From Candidatus Omnitrophota bacterium (GTDB lineage: Bacteria > Omnitrophota > Gorgyraeia > Duberdicusellales > 4484-171): a stretch of 64,000 nt of DNA. Shown here piece by piece: positions 9,264 through 18,435 of the stretch. Where the stretch lies: positions 9,057 to 73,056 of the forward strand of contig JAFGQU010000007.1 of NCBI GenBank assembly GCA_016935525.1, given 5' to 3'. The notes beneath the pieces are model-generated. The model was not told where the DNA came from and searched no databases. It worked only from the letters and a program-made list of their open reading frames with translations. The translations under genes were made by a program, and so were the position numbers. The first letter of the stretch is position 1. Every line of letters starts with the position of its first letter.

Positions 9264-9394
9264 AAATATGCTCAACTTCGTTTTCGCGAAATATACTCAC
9301 TACGTTCGTGAAATACAATTGTATTTCGTGAGCGGGAGCGAACGTATTTCGCCCGTCAGGGCATATTTCGTGTAGAGGAGCGAAACGTATTTCG
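9252..9394. repeat. large imperfect palindrome of GAAATA/TATTTC units
   Basis: four gaaata units, then four tatttc units; the innermost pair forms the perfect palindrome gaaatacaattgtatttc (9310-9327). Confidence 0.75.
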
Positions 9395-9416
9395 ATAAAA
9401 TCAATAGGAGGTCAAG

Positions 9417-10163
9417 ATGTATAAAGTAGTGTTATTACGTCATGGGGAGAGCGTTTGGAATAAAGAGAACCGGTTTACCGGCTGGACTGATGTAGACCTT
9501 TCCGAAAAAGGAGTAACGGAAGCCCATGAAGCCGGGAAATTGCTTAAAAAAGAAGGATATACTTTTGATATCGCTTTTACTTCAGTATTGAAACGGGCGA
9601 TCCGTACGCTTTGGATAGCTCAGGATGAGATGGATCTGATGTGGATCCCGGTATACCGATCCTGGCGTTTGAACGAACGTCATTACGGAGCGTTACAGGG
9701 ATTGAATAAGTCCGAGACGGCCGCCAAGTACGGCGACGATCAGGTCCTGATCTGGCGGCGCAGTTACGATACTCCGCCTCCGGTATTGGAAAAAGATGAC
9801 CGTCGTTATCCCGGCAGTGACCCGAGGTACCGTGACCTTACCGAAAAAGAACTGCCGCTTACCGAATGTCTTAAAGATACTGTCGCGCGGTTTTTGCCTT
9901 ATTGGCACGATACTATCGCTCCGACGATTACCACGGGGAAAAAAGTGATCATTGCCGCTCACGGAAACAGCCTGCGGGCTCTGGTAAAATATCTTGATGA
10001 GGTGAGTGATGAAGAAATCGTCAGTTTGAATATCCCTACCGGTATCCCGCTGGTGTATGAACTTGATGATACCCTTAAGCCGCTGAGGCACTATTATCTC
10101 GGTGATCAAGAGGCGATCGCCAAAGCAATGCAGTCGGTTGCCAATCAGGGGAAAGCGAAGTAA
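9417..10163 (+). CDS. gpmA: 2,3-BPG-dependent phosphoglycerate mutase
   Basis: [35 protein letters not shown]; AGGAGG RBS. Confidence 0.97.
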   Translation: MYKVVLLRHGESVWNKENRFTGWTDVDLSEKGVTEAHEAGKLLKKEGYTFDIAFTSVLKRAIRTLWIAQDEMDLMWIPVYRSWRLNERHYGALQGLNKSETAAKYGDDQVLIWRRSYDTPPPVLEKDDRRYPGSDPRYRDLTEKELPLTECLKDTVARFLPYWHDTIAPTITTGKKVIIAAHGNSLRALVKYLDEVSDEEIVSLNIPTGIPLVYELDDTLKPLRHYYLGDQEAIAKAMQSVANQGKAK

Positions 10164-10209
10164 TGATCGTAACGCGAAACCTGCCCCCCTCTCTACGGCG
10201 TTCGGGAGT

Positions 10210-10249
10210 CAGCCTGCCCCACGCGGTGCGGGGCTGACAGGCAGGCGGA
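10210..10249. repeat. REP-like palindromic element, copy 2
   Basis: near-identical to 529-568. Confidence 0.75.
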
Positions 10250-10320
10250 GCGCAAACCGCGTCATGCGTACAAAAAAAAGAGCGAAAAAGAGATGATCTT
10301 TTAAAAGAGGGAAAAAAACA

Positions 10321-10359
10321 AAAAAAAGGCGATGTCCGGTTACGAACATCGCCTTTTTT
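10321..10359. terminator. bidirectional intrinsic terminator
   Basis: A7-ggcgatgt...acatcgcc-T6 between the convergent gpmA and tubulin-like genes. Confidence 0.85.
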
Positions 10360-10368
10360 ATTCTCTCT

Positions 10369-11652
10369 CTATCCTTTTAATTCAGCTAATCTTTTTTCCG
10401 GAAGATTTAACCCGCCGATAATGGTATATACTCTCAGTGAATCACGGTCATCTTCGTACACGCCGCGGTGAATAGTCGCCTTGCCGGTGATTTCCGATAA
10501 CACATCAAACGCATAGTTGATTCGGTCCTGCAGGCCCGATACGTTGGCCATCAGTTTTTTCCCGCCCACGACGATACATCCGGCTACTTTCGCGGTCGAC
10601 AGATCGAACCCGCCGGCAAGTAATGTCTTTTCCAAATTGTTCTTTACGGCCCGGGAGATGGAATAGGTGTCGGTGATCTGTTTTACCTTGGTAATACCCA
10701 TGATCGCGCATCCGCCGGTTTCGATGATACTCTGGTAATCTACGGTGTCAAATGAAGTATATCGGCTTGATTGCGCGCTGAGTTTGTTGAATATATCAAA
10801 CAAACCGGAAACCGTACTGTTGATGGTCGGCCAGAACGATTTCACGGTAAGGCCCGGATACAATTTGTTGATCCTTTCGTTATCGATGATGATCAGCGGA
10901 GAAAGTTTTCCCGCCTCGGCAAGTTTACCGAGATCGTTTGCGATCTTATACGCGTTCTTGGCGACCAGAGGAGAACTGGCTTCCCCGATGGTCGGTAACG
11001 TCATGATCGCCCCTACGCTTTTGTCGGGATTGGCGATTCCATTGTGGCGGGCGTATTTCTTTGCCGTTTCGATCAGTTCCAGCACGCCTCCCGAACCGGT
11101 CCCGCCGCCGGCTCCGAAACATACCATGATATGTTTCACGCCGGACGCGAACAGTTTACGGATGGTGTGCAATATCTCCTGCTGATATTTTTGTGCCGCG
11201 TCTTTTCCACGAGCCATATCTTTTCCCGCGCCCATCTCGCCGATATCCATGAGGAACTTCTGGTTTTTAGGGATCTCTAAAAGATCGAGATCATGATGGG
11301 ACGTATTTACGGCAAGCACTTTACGGTAACCCAGATCATAAAAAGATTTGACCAGTCTTCCGCCGCATTGCCCGGCGCCGATCCAAGCAAATTGAGTCGA
11401 GCCTTGAGTAATATCGATAAGTCCGGCTTCTTCTTTTACCTGCGGTTCGTACTGTTCAAGATCGAGAGTAGGGATCGCGGCTTTTTTTGACGGTTTTTTT
11501 ACGGTTGTTTTTTTTGCCGGAGCTTTCTTTTTTGCTTTCGCTTTTACTTTTTTTACCGGTTTTTTCTTGGCAACTTTCTTCTTAGCGGTTTTCTTTGTCG
11601 CCTTTTTCTTGATAACCTTTTTCTTCGCGGCTTTGCGTTTTGTTTTCGCCAT
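10369..11652 (-). CDS. divergent tubulin/FtsZ-superfamily GTPase with Lys/Ala-rich histone-H1-like N-terminus
   Basis: GAGQCGGRL, AVNT, GAGKD, GAGGGTGSGG signature, IIDNE, FDTVDY (T7-like loop); first ~60 aa are K/A-rich; GGAGG RBS. Confidence 0.85.
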   Translation of the reverse strand: MAKTKRKAAKKKVIKKKATKKTAKKKVAKKKPVKKVKAKAKKKAPAKKTTVKKPSKKAAIPTLDLEQYEPQVKEEAGLIDITQGSTQFAWIGAGQCGGRLVKSFYDLGYRKVLAVNTSHHDLDLLEIPKNQKFLMDIGEMGAGKDMARGKDAAQKYQQEILHTIRKLFASGVKHIMVCFGAGGGTGSGGVLELIETAKKYARHNGIANPDKSVGAIMTLPTIGEASSPLVAKNAYKIANDLGKLAEAGKLSPLIIIDNERINKLYPGLTVKSFWPTINSTVSGLFDIFNKLSAQSSRYTSFDTVDYQSIIETGGCAIMGITKVKQITDTYSISRAVKNNLEKTLLAGGFDLSTAKVAGCIVVGGKKLMANVSGLQDRINYAFDVLSEITGKATIHRGVYEDDRDSLRVYTIIGGLNLPEKRLAELKG

Positions 11653-11978
11653 CGATTGCCTCCTTTTTTTCTTCCTTCCTGTTAAAAGTGCTTATTTACT
11701 AATATAGAGTATTTTATATTTTTATAAGTTTCATTGTCAAGTTCTATTTTTGAACCCTCTGATTACGGGGATTCGGATACATTAAGGGCGGATTCAGAAA
11801 ATCACTGTGTTTTTTTTAAAATCGTTGCAATCAAATCCTTCCCCTCTGTACACGAGAGAGGGGGGAAGAACTCTATTTTCTCCCTTGGTGAACGGGCAAA
11901 TTTACGTATAATAGTAATATACATACCGGAACGACTGCGGTTTTAACGATTTTCTTATTACACAAAGGGAAACACGAT

Positions 11979-13553
11979 ATGAATACACTGCCTTTTAAAT
12001 CGGTCATCTTCGACTTAGACGGAGTCGTGACCCAGACCGCGCTGGTCCATTCCCGGGCCTGGAAAGAGATGTTTGATGGATATCTGCGGGCGCGCCAGGG
12101 CCGTGACGGCGGAGATTTCCGTGAGTTTACCGATCAGGATTATCTTACCTATGTCGACGGGAAACCCCGTTACGAAGGAGTAAAAAGTTTTCTTGAATCA
12201 CGTGATATACATATCCCTTACGGTGCCCCCAAAGATCCTCCCGATAAAGAGACGGTGTGCGGTCTGGGAAATAAAAAGAATGATACGTTTCGCCAGGTCC
12301 TGTCGCGGGAGAAACCGAAGATGTACCCTACTACCGTCGAGCTGATAAAAAAACTTAAAGAGCAGGGGATAAAAATAGGCGTCGCGTCTTCTTCGAAAAA
12401 TTGTCAATTCATCCTTCAGGCCGCCGGTATCGAAGAATTATTTGAAGCCCGGGTAGACGGAGTGGTATCGGTCGAATTAGGATTAAAAGGTAAACCCGAA
12501 GGAGATATTTTTGTCCGGGCTGCGGCTCACCTTGAGACCTTACCGGCAGAATCGGTAGTGGTCGAAGATGCCGAAAGCGGAATCGCCGCCGGAAGAAACG
12601 GCGGGTTTAGGCTTGTCATCGGGATCGCCCGGAACAATAATCAAAAAGAACTGCTTGAAAACGGCGCCGATGTAGTTGTCGACGATCTGGGGGGAATCGA
12701 TATCGAGTGGATCAAAAAATGGTTTATGCGTCCTGCCCGTCCGCTTCTCGGGAGCAGCACCGGGTTAGACCAGGAGATTCCTGATGTGACCGTGCATCCG
12801 GCCCATCTACGAAGCCCGAAAGGGTTTCCGTTCGGTAAAGAACCGGTATTTTTTCTCGATTATGACGGTACGCTTACTCCTATCGTGGAACGTCCGGAAC
12901 TCGCGGTGCTTACGGAGGAGATGCGCGGTATCGTGAAAAGACTTTCGCAAAAATATCAGACCGCGATCGTATCCGGCCGGATGAGAGAAGACGTGGAAAA
13001 ACTGGTCGCAATCGACGGCCTGTTCTATGCCGGCAGTCACGGGTTCGACATCAAAGGGCCTGACGTTTCACTGATCGAGCCTCAAGCCGAAAAGACGCTG
13101 GCGTTAGTCGCCGAGGTGATCAAAAAATTAAAAAAAGAATTAGGCTCAATCGAAAAATTGCTGGTGGAAGAGAAAAAATTCAGTGTCGCGGTACATTATC
13201 GTTGTGTCGACCCTAAAGACCATGCGAAGATCAAACCGGTTATCGATAATATCCTTGCCGGGGAGATCCGCCTGCGGGTGATGGAAGGGAAGATGGTATA
13301 CGAGATCTTACCGGCGATCGACTGGAATAAAGGGAAAGCTATCCGCTGGATAATGAATGCGCTTGGGCTTTCCTGGAATACTTCCCAGGTAGTATATATC
13401 GGGGATGACGTTACCGATGAAGATGCGTTTCGGGTCGTCGCCACGCGTGGGGTCCCGATTCTGGTACATGAAGAAGCCCGGCCGACTGCCGCGGATTTTT
13501 ATTTAAAAGATCCCGGTCAGGTACAGAAGTTTTTCGAAACACTGCTTACATAA
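11979..13553 (+). CDS. otsB: beta-phosphoglucomutase-like HAD domain fused to trehalose-6-phosphate phosphatase
   Basis: N-terminal FDLDGV...GKPEGD...VEDA; C-terminal FLDYDGTLTPIV, AGSHG, WNKGKA, GDDVTDEDAF. Confidence 0.85.
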   Translation: MNTLPFKSVIFDLDGVVTQTALVHSRAWKEMFDGYLRARQGRDGGDFREFTDQDYLTYVDGKPRYEGVKSFLESRDIHIPYGAPKDPPDKETVCGLGNKKNDTFRQVLSREKPKMYPTTVELIKKLKEQGIKIGVASSSKNCQFILQAAGIEELFEARVDGVVSVELGLKGKPEGDIFVRAAAHLETLPAESVVVEDAESGIAAGRNGGFRLVIGIARNNNQKELLENGADVVVDDLGGIDIEWIKKWFMRPARPLLGSSTGLDQEIPDVTVHPAHLRSPKGFPFGKEPVFFLDYDGTLTPIVERPELAVLTEEMRGIVKRLSQKYQTAIVSGRMREDVEKLVAIDGLFYAGSHGFDIKGPDVSLIEPQAEKTLALVAEVIKKLKKELGSIEKLLVEEKKFSVAVHYRCVDPKDHAKIKPVIDNILAGEIRLRVMEGKMVYEILPAIDWNKGKAIRWIMNALGLSWNTSQVVYIGDDVTDEDAFRVVATRGVPILVHEEARPTAADFYLKDPGQVQKFFETLLT

Positions 13554-13565
13554 CAGAAGACGGCG

Positions 13566-16019
13566 ATGAAACAAGACGAACAAAAAATAAAAAAGGATAT
13601 GTCTTGGAAACTTGTGTATGACCGTTTTGACCCTCCGAGTGAGAGCCTGAGAGAGGCGTTATGCACGTTAGGGAACGGTTATTTTTCGACCCGCGGCGCT
13701 TTTTCGGCATCAAGCGCATCAAAGATCCATTATCCCGGGACCTATATGCACGGTCTTTATAACCGGTTAAGTACCCATGTTGCCGGAAAAACGATCGTGA
13801 ACGAGGACCTGGTGAATTGTCCCGACTGGTTGTTTCTTACTTTTAAAGTAGGTGAAGGCGAGTGGTTTTCTCTTTCGAAGAGCAAGATCCTTTCTTACCG
13901 GCAGGAATTGGATATGTACCGGGGGACTTTAAAGTGGAATATCCGTTTTAAAAACTGCGAGGGGCAAAAAACGTCTTTACAGATCCAGCGTATCGTCAGT
14001 ATGGATCATCCGCATATAGGAGCAATGCGGTACATTATTACTCCGGAGAATTATAGCGATACCGTTACTATCCGTCGTATGCTTGACGGCCGCGTGCAGA
14101 ATATGGGAGTAGAACGGTACCGGCAGCTTAACTCGAAACATTGGCGATTTTCTTCTTCGGGTACGTTCGGTTCTAACGGGATCTTTCTGGTGATGCGGAC
14201 GACCCAATCTCACATCTCGTTCGCCCAGGCGTCAAAGATCCGTATGTTTACCTATGATAATAAAGAGATCCGTCCGGGTATTAAACGGCTGATGCAGGGT
14301 AAAGAGCGGATCGGCCAGGAATTCAGCATTTTTGCCGCCGAGAACCATTCTTATTCGATCGAAAAGACGGTCGCTATCTATACCTCCCGGGATATGGATA
14401 AAAGACGGATTAAATCCGCGGCAATCGCTGCGGTAAAGAAAGCGGGCCGGTTTGACGAACTCCTGGATGCTCATTGTAACGTATGGGAAGGATTGTGGCA
14501 TAAAACCGATATCGATATCAAAGGTGATACGTGTGCTCAAAAAGCTCTCCGGTTTCATATCTTTCATCTTTTACAGACGGCTTCGCCTCATACGGCCGCG
14601 TTGGATGCCGGCCTTCCGGCCCGGGGTCTGCACGGAGAAGCCTATCGTGGGCATATCTTCTGGGATAGTCTGTTTACTATGCCGTTCTATGATTACCATT
14701 TTCCGGAAATTTCCCGGGGATTTTTGAAGTATCGGTACCGCCGGCTTCATAAAGCCCGTCAATATGCGTTAGAGCACGGGTATCGGGGAGCGATGTTTCC
14801 CTGGCAAAGCGGTTCTTCCGGACGAGAGGAGACTCAAATCGTCCATCTTAACCCGATGTCGGGAGAGTGGGGTCCGGATTATAGTTCCCGGCAACGGCAT
14901 GTGTCTTTTGCGATCGCGTACAATATATACCAATACTGGTTGAGAACGCAAGATGACGGATTTTTGAAAAAATATGGTGCGGAGATCATCTTATCGATCG
15001 CTCAGTTCTGCGCGAGTCTGGCTAAATTCGATCCTCTCGATAAACGGTACCATATTAAAGGGGTTATGGGGCCGGACGAATTTCATGAGAAATATCCCGG
15101 CGCAAAAAAAGGAGGATTAAAAGATAATGCCTATACCAATGTTATGGTGGTCGTTACGCTTTTATATGCCAGGGAGATCCTTGAATCGTTACCTCAGACC
15201 GTGCAGGAGAAACTCAGGCATAAATTAAAGATCGATCAGAAAGAACTCGCCCGGTGGGAAGATGTCACCCGCCGGATGAACATCGTGATGAACCGGGCCC
15301 ATATCATCAGCCAGTTCGACGGATATTTTTCTTTAAAGGAACTCGATTGGTCCGAGTACCGCGCCGAATACGGGGATATCCATCGTCTCGACAGGATCCT
15401 TAAAGCCGAAGGGAAATCCCCGGATGCATATAAACTGTCCAAACAGGCCGACGTGTTGATGATATTTTATCTTTTGTCTTATCACGAAGTGCAGGACCTG
15501 TTCAGCCGTTTAGGGTACCGTTTTGACACGGAAGATATATGTAAGAATTACACTTATTATGAAAAACGTACCTCTCACGGATCGACGTTAAGTAAAGTGA
15601 CTCATTGTTTTCTCGCCCACCTTTTAGGGAAAAAGAAAGAATATTATCAGATGTTTCTTGATGTATTGAATTCCGACCTTAACGATGTGCAGGGCGGCAC
15701 GACTCCCGAGGGGATCCATTGCGGAGTGATGGGCGGTTCGATCGACCTGGTGATGAGAGGGTTTGCGGGAGTATGGATACGCCAGGGGGCTCTTACCGTT
15801 TCCCCCCAACTTCCCGCCCATTGGAAAAAAGTCGCATTTAGATTATGTTATCGCCGGCGGTGGATCCATCTTACGGTGACCCGGGATACACTCAGGTTAT
15901 ATCTTGAGGCCGGCGATAACGAAGACGGAGTTGAAGTGGTTGTGAGAGACGAAAAATACATCCTTAAACCGCGACAGGAATATCTGATACAATATAAAAA
16001 GAAAAGAAAGAAAAAATGA
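13566..16019 (+). CDS. glycoside hydrolase family 65 (trehalose/T6P/kojibiose phosphorylase-like)
   Basis: TLGNGY, ARGLHGEAYRGHIFWD, GPDEFHE, KQADV, HGSTLS. Confidence 0.92.
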   Translation: MKQDEQKIKKDMSWKLVYDRFDPPSESLREALCTLGNGYFSTRGAFSASSASKIHYPGTYMHGLYNRLSTHVAGKTIVNEDLVNCPDWLFLTFKVGEGEWFSLSKSKILSYRQELDMYRGTLKWNIRFKNCEGQKTSLQIQRIVSMDHPHIGAMRYIITPENYSDTVTIRRMLDGRVQNMGVERYRQLNSKHWRFSSSGTFGSNGIFLVMRTTQSHISFAQASKIRMFTYDNKEIRPGIKRLMQGKERIGQEFSIFAAENHSYSIEKTVAIYTSRDMDKRRIKSAAIAAVKKAGRFDELLDAHCNVWEGLWHKTDIDIKGDTCAQKALRFHIFHLLQTASPHTAALDAGLPARGLHGEAYRGHIFWDSLFTMPFYDYHFPEISRGFLKYRYRRLHKARQYALEHGYRGAMFPWQSGSSGREETQIVHLNPMSGEWGPDYSSRQRHVSFAIAYNIYQYWLRTQDDGFLKKYGAEIILSIAQFCASLAKFDPLDKRYHIKGVMGPDEFHEKYPGAKKGGLKDNAYTNVMVVVTLLYAREILESLPQTVQEKLRHKLKIDQKELARWEDVTRRMNIVMNRAHIISQFDGYFSLKELDWSEYRAEYGDIHRLDRILKAEGKSPDAYKLSKQADVLMIFYLLSYHEVQDLFSRLGYRFDTEDICKNYTYYEKRTSHGSTLSKVTHCFLAHLLGKKKEYYQMFLDVLNSDLNDVQGGTTPEGIHCGVMGGSIDLVMRGFAGVWIRQGALTVSPQLPAHWKKVAFRLCYRRRWIHLTVTRDTLRLYLEAGDNEDGVEVVVRDEKYILKPRQEYLIQYKKKRKKK

Positions 16020-16906
16020 AGATAAAGTTACTGCGTGCGGCAATAGTCTTGGTCTTATTGTCCGTTATCTTCTGGATGGTGAAAGATACGCTTTGCGGAT
16101 TCATTTTGACGAGATTTGTGAACCGTACCACGGGGTTGGTGATGGATATCGAAAAAGTAAAAGTGAACCCGTTTAAAGGGTCTTTACGGCTTGAAGGGAT
16201 CAAGCTCTTGAACCCCCAAAACGCGCAAGATACTTTTGTCGCCGATATCCCGCTTATGTATCTTGATTGCGCGCTTGCCGATACGTTAAGAGGGGTCATC
16301 CATTTAGAAGAATTGGAACTTCAGGTGAAAGAAGTATGGGTAGTAAGAGAAAAAACCGGTAACACTACTTTTAAAGTATTCGATACCCTGGCATATGTGA
16401 CCACAGGAGGTAAAGGCCCGCAACCGTATCCTTTGGAGATACCGCTTAAACTTAAGATCGATTCGTTCGATTTTTCATTGAAAAAAGTCGTATATAAAGA
16501 TTACGGTAAAACCAAAGGGGCTCAGACAATTGAGGTCGGATTTGATTATTCTCAGCATCTTGAGAATATAGACAGCATCGAAGGTCTGCTCGCGCCGCTG
16601 GGGATACTGGCCTTTACCAATACGTTAAAAGATATGCCGGATATCAGTTTTAAAAATAAAACCTTACCGGATCGACCGGAAGATCAACCTCCGCTTGAGG
16701 AACCTTCCGGGCCTCAGGAGGGATCGGCATCGGATCCTGCAGCTTCCTCAAGCTTACCGCCCTCACCAGATCCGGTCACCAAAGGGGTCAAGAATGCCGG
16801 TAAAACTATTGCCGATCAGACCAAGAATTCCGTAGAGGGCGAGGTGAAAAGTTTTATCGACAGGACAATCCGTGACGGGATAAGAAGTGTCCTCCCGTTA
16901 CACTAA
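16016..16906 (+). CDS. AsmA-like envelope protein with Pro-rich C-terminal linker
   Basis: N-terminal TM anchor followed by a beta-rich region (GSLRLEGIKLLNP). Confidence 0.5.
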   Translation: MKIKLLRAAIVLVLLSVIFWMVKDTLCGFILTRFVNRTTGLVMDIEKVKVNPFKGSLRLEGIKLLNPQNAQDTFVADIPLMYLDCALADTLRGVIHLEELELQVKEVWVVREKTGNTTFKVFDTLAYVTTGGKGPQPYPLEIPLKLKIDSFDFSLKKVVYKDYGKTKGAQTIEVGFDYSQHLENIDSIEGLLAPLGILAFTNTLKDMPDISFKNKTLPDRPEDQPPLEEPSGPQEGSASDPAASSSLPPSPDPVTKGVKNAGKTIADQTKNSVEGEVKSFIDRTIRDGIRSVLPLH

Positions 16907-16949
16907 TAAGTCGGCCGGAAAAACCGTTTTGAATCTTTTTCCCTGAACA

Positions 16950-17867
16950 ATGTTTGCACTTACCACTGCCTGGAATATTACCGCGACCAGCGATATTACC
17001 CAAAGCTTACAGCAGATAAAAGAGCTGGGGTTTGACTCGATCGAAGCCGGGTATAATCTGGCCGAACCTCAATTAGACCAGGTCGTTGCCGGGTGTGAAA
17101 AGTATCATCTTGACATAGTAAGTGTCCATAATTTCTGTCCGTTACCTCCCCCCCCGACCCATACACGCCATTATTGTGATTATTACCGTCTTTCTTCTTT
17201 GGATAACGAAGAACGGGCGGCTGCTGTCCGATCGACAAAAAAGACTATCGATACGGCAAAACGTATGAAAAGCCCACCGGTGATCATCCATGCCGGGATG
17301 GTCGAAATAGACCATCGTCAGGTCAAACAACTTTTAAGATTGTACCGTCACCGGGTGAGTCAACACGACGAGTATGACCGGCTTAAAAAGGTCATATTAG
17401 AGGAAAGAGCCAAAATCTGTAAGCGATACCTCGATACGTTCCGGGTTTCCTTAAAAGAGATCCTCGATTATGCCGCGGCGAATTCAATAACGATCGCTTT
17501 GGAAAATCGTTACTATCCCCAAGAGATACCCTCGCTTGATGAGTTTGTAGAATTGTTCGATGAATTTGCTCAAAGCCCTCTTAAATACTGGCATGATACC
17601 GGGCACGCGGTCGTCTCCGGCCGGATCGGTATCGTAGAGCCGGAAGAATATTTACGGCGGTTCTCGTCAAGGCTTGCCGGAATGCATTTACATGATGTGA
17701 AAGGGATCGATGACCATTGGGCTCCTTTCTCTCAAGAAGTAGATTTTTCTCAATGGGAACCGTATTTCAAAGATAACACTTTGCCGAAAATAATCGAATC
17801 CCATCCTCAGGCGACTGCCGATGAAGTACGGTTTGCACTTAAGAAATTGAGGGAAATGGAGAGGTAA
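16950..17867 (+). CDS. sugar phosphate isomerase/epimerase (xylose isomerase-like TIM barrel)
   Basis: GFDSIE, SVHNFCP, IHAG, ALENR, WHDTGH, HLHDV. Confidence 0.82.
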   Translation: MFALTTAWNITATSDITQSLQQIKELGFDSIEAGYNLAEPQLDQVVAGCEKYHLDIVSVHNFCPLPPPPTHTRHYCDYYRLSSLDNEERAAAVRSTKKTIDTAKRMKSPPVIIHAGMVEIDHRQVKQLLRLYRHRVSQHDEYDRLKKVILEERAKICKRYLDTFRVSLKEILDYAAANSITIALENRYYPQEIPSLDEFVELFDEFAQSPLKYWHDTGHAVVSGRIGIVEPEEYLRRFSSRLAGMHLHDVKGIDDHWAPFSQEVDFSQWEPYFKDNTLPKIIESHPQATADEVRFALKKLREMER

Positions 17868-17879
17868 TGCGTGCAGGGA

Positions 17880-17980
17880 AATGAGCAATGTTCAATTAGC
17901 AATTAACATTTAGCAATGAGAAGATCAATAAAAAGGATAATCTCTGATTTAAAGTAATAAATGCTAAATTTGTATTGCTC
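17880..17980. repeat. inverted heptamer array, TTAGCAA/TTGCTAA family, copy 1
   Basis: agcaatgttcaattagcaattaacatttagcaatga (35/36 identical to 28533-28568), then aaatgctaaatttgtattgctc. Confidence 0.8.
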
Positions 17981-18053
17981 TGTATTATTCAGAGGATGAG
18001 TTAACTCCCGTGAGTCTTACGACAACGGGGGTAGGCAAAATGGATGTATTCTA

Positions 18054-18284
18054 ACCACAGAGGACACCGAGAACACTGAGGAGAGATGAGGGTTTTAAAT
18101 CTAAAGATATTTGGTTCCTGCCCATCGATACTCGATGGGTGTCTTTGCAAAAACCGCAAAAAACCGGAAAATCGAATTTTCCGGTTTCAGACGTTTTTGC
18201 AAGACACCGCGCTTTTAATTTATTAAAAGCGCGAAACCAAATACTCTGTCTATTATCTCTGTGTAACTCTGTGAGCTCTGTGGT
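18054..18284. repeat. element with CACAGAG/CTCTGTG inverted arms enclosing a multi-hairpin junction, copy 1
   Basis: accacagaggacaccgagaacactgag ... ctctgtgtaactctgtgagctctgtggt; inner closing stem plus 3 hairpins. Confidence 0.75.
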
Positions 18285-18344
18285 GAAGATTCCCTTGATG
18301 TGAATGCATCTTCCGAACCATATAATTGAACATTGAGATGGAAC

Positions 18345-18368
18345 GTGTGACCATGTGACTTTGTGACC
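18345..18368. repeat. TGTGAC half-array
   Basis: gtgtgaccatgtgactttgtgacc. Confidence 0.65.
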
Positions 18369-18435
18369 TGCCGAAAGCATACGTATCTCGACATGTGTTG
18401 TATTAGATACGGTTTTTTGAGATAATACCTAATAT

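Noticed and set aside
10369-11652. Calling the tubulin-like gene ftsZ
   Set aside because: Lacks the FtsZ NxDFAD loop, the C-terminal peptide and dcw context, so the gene symbol was left blank
18051-18380. 109-aa minus-strand ORF (also the 83-aa ORF at 32818-33069)
   Set aside because: Both read through palindromic repeat elements (SVLGVLCG and LCSLWL are repeat translations); no RBS or family motif
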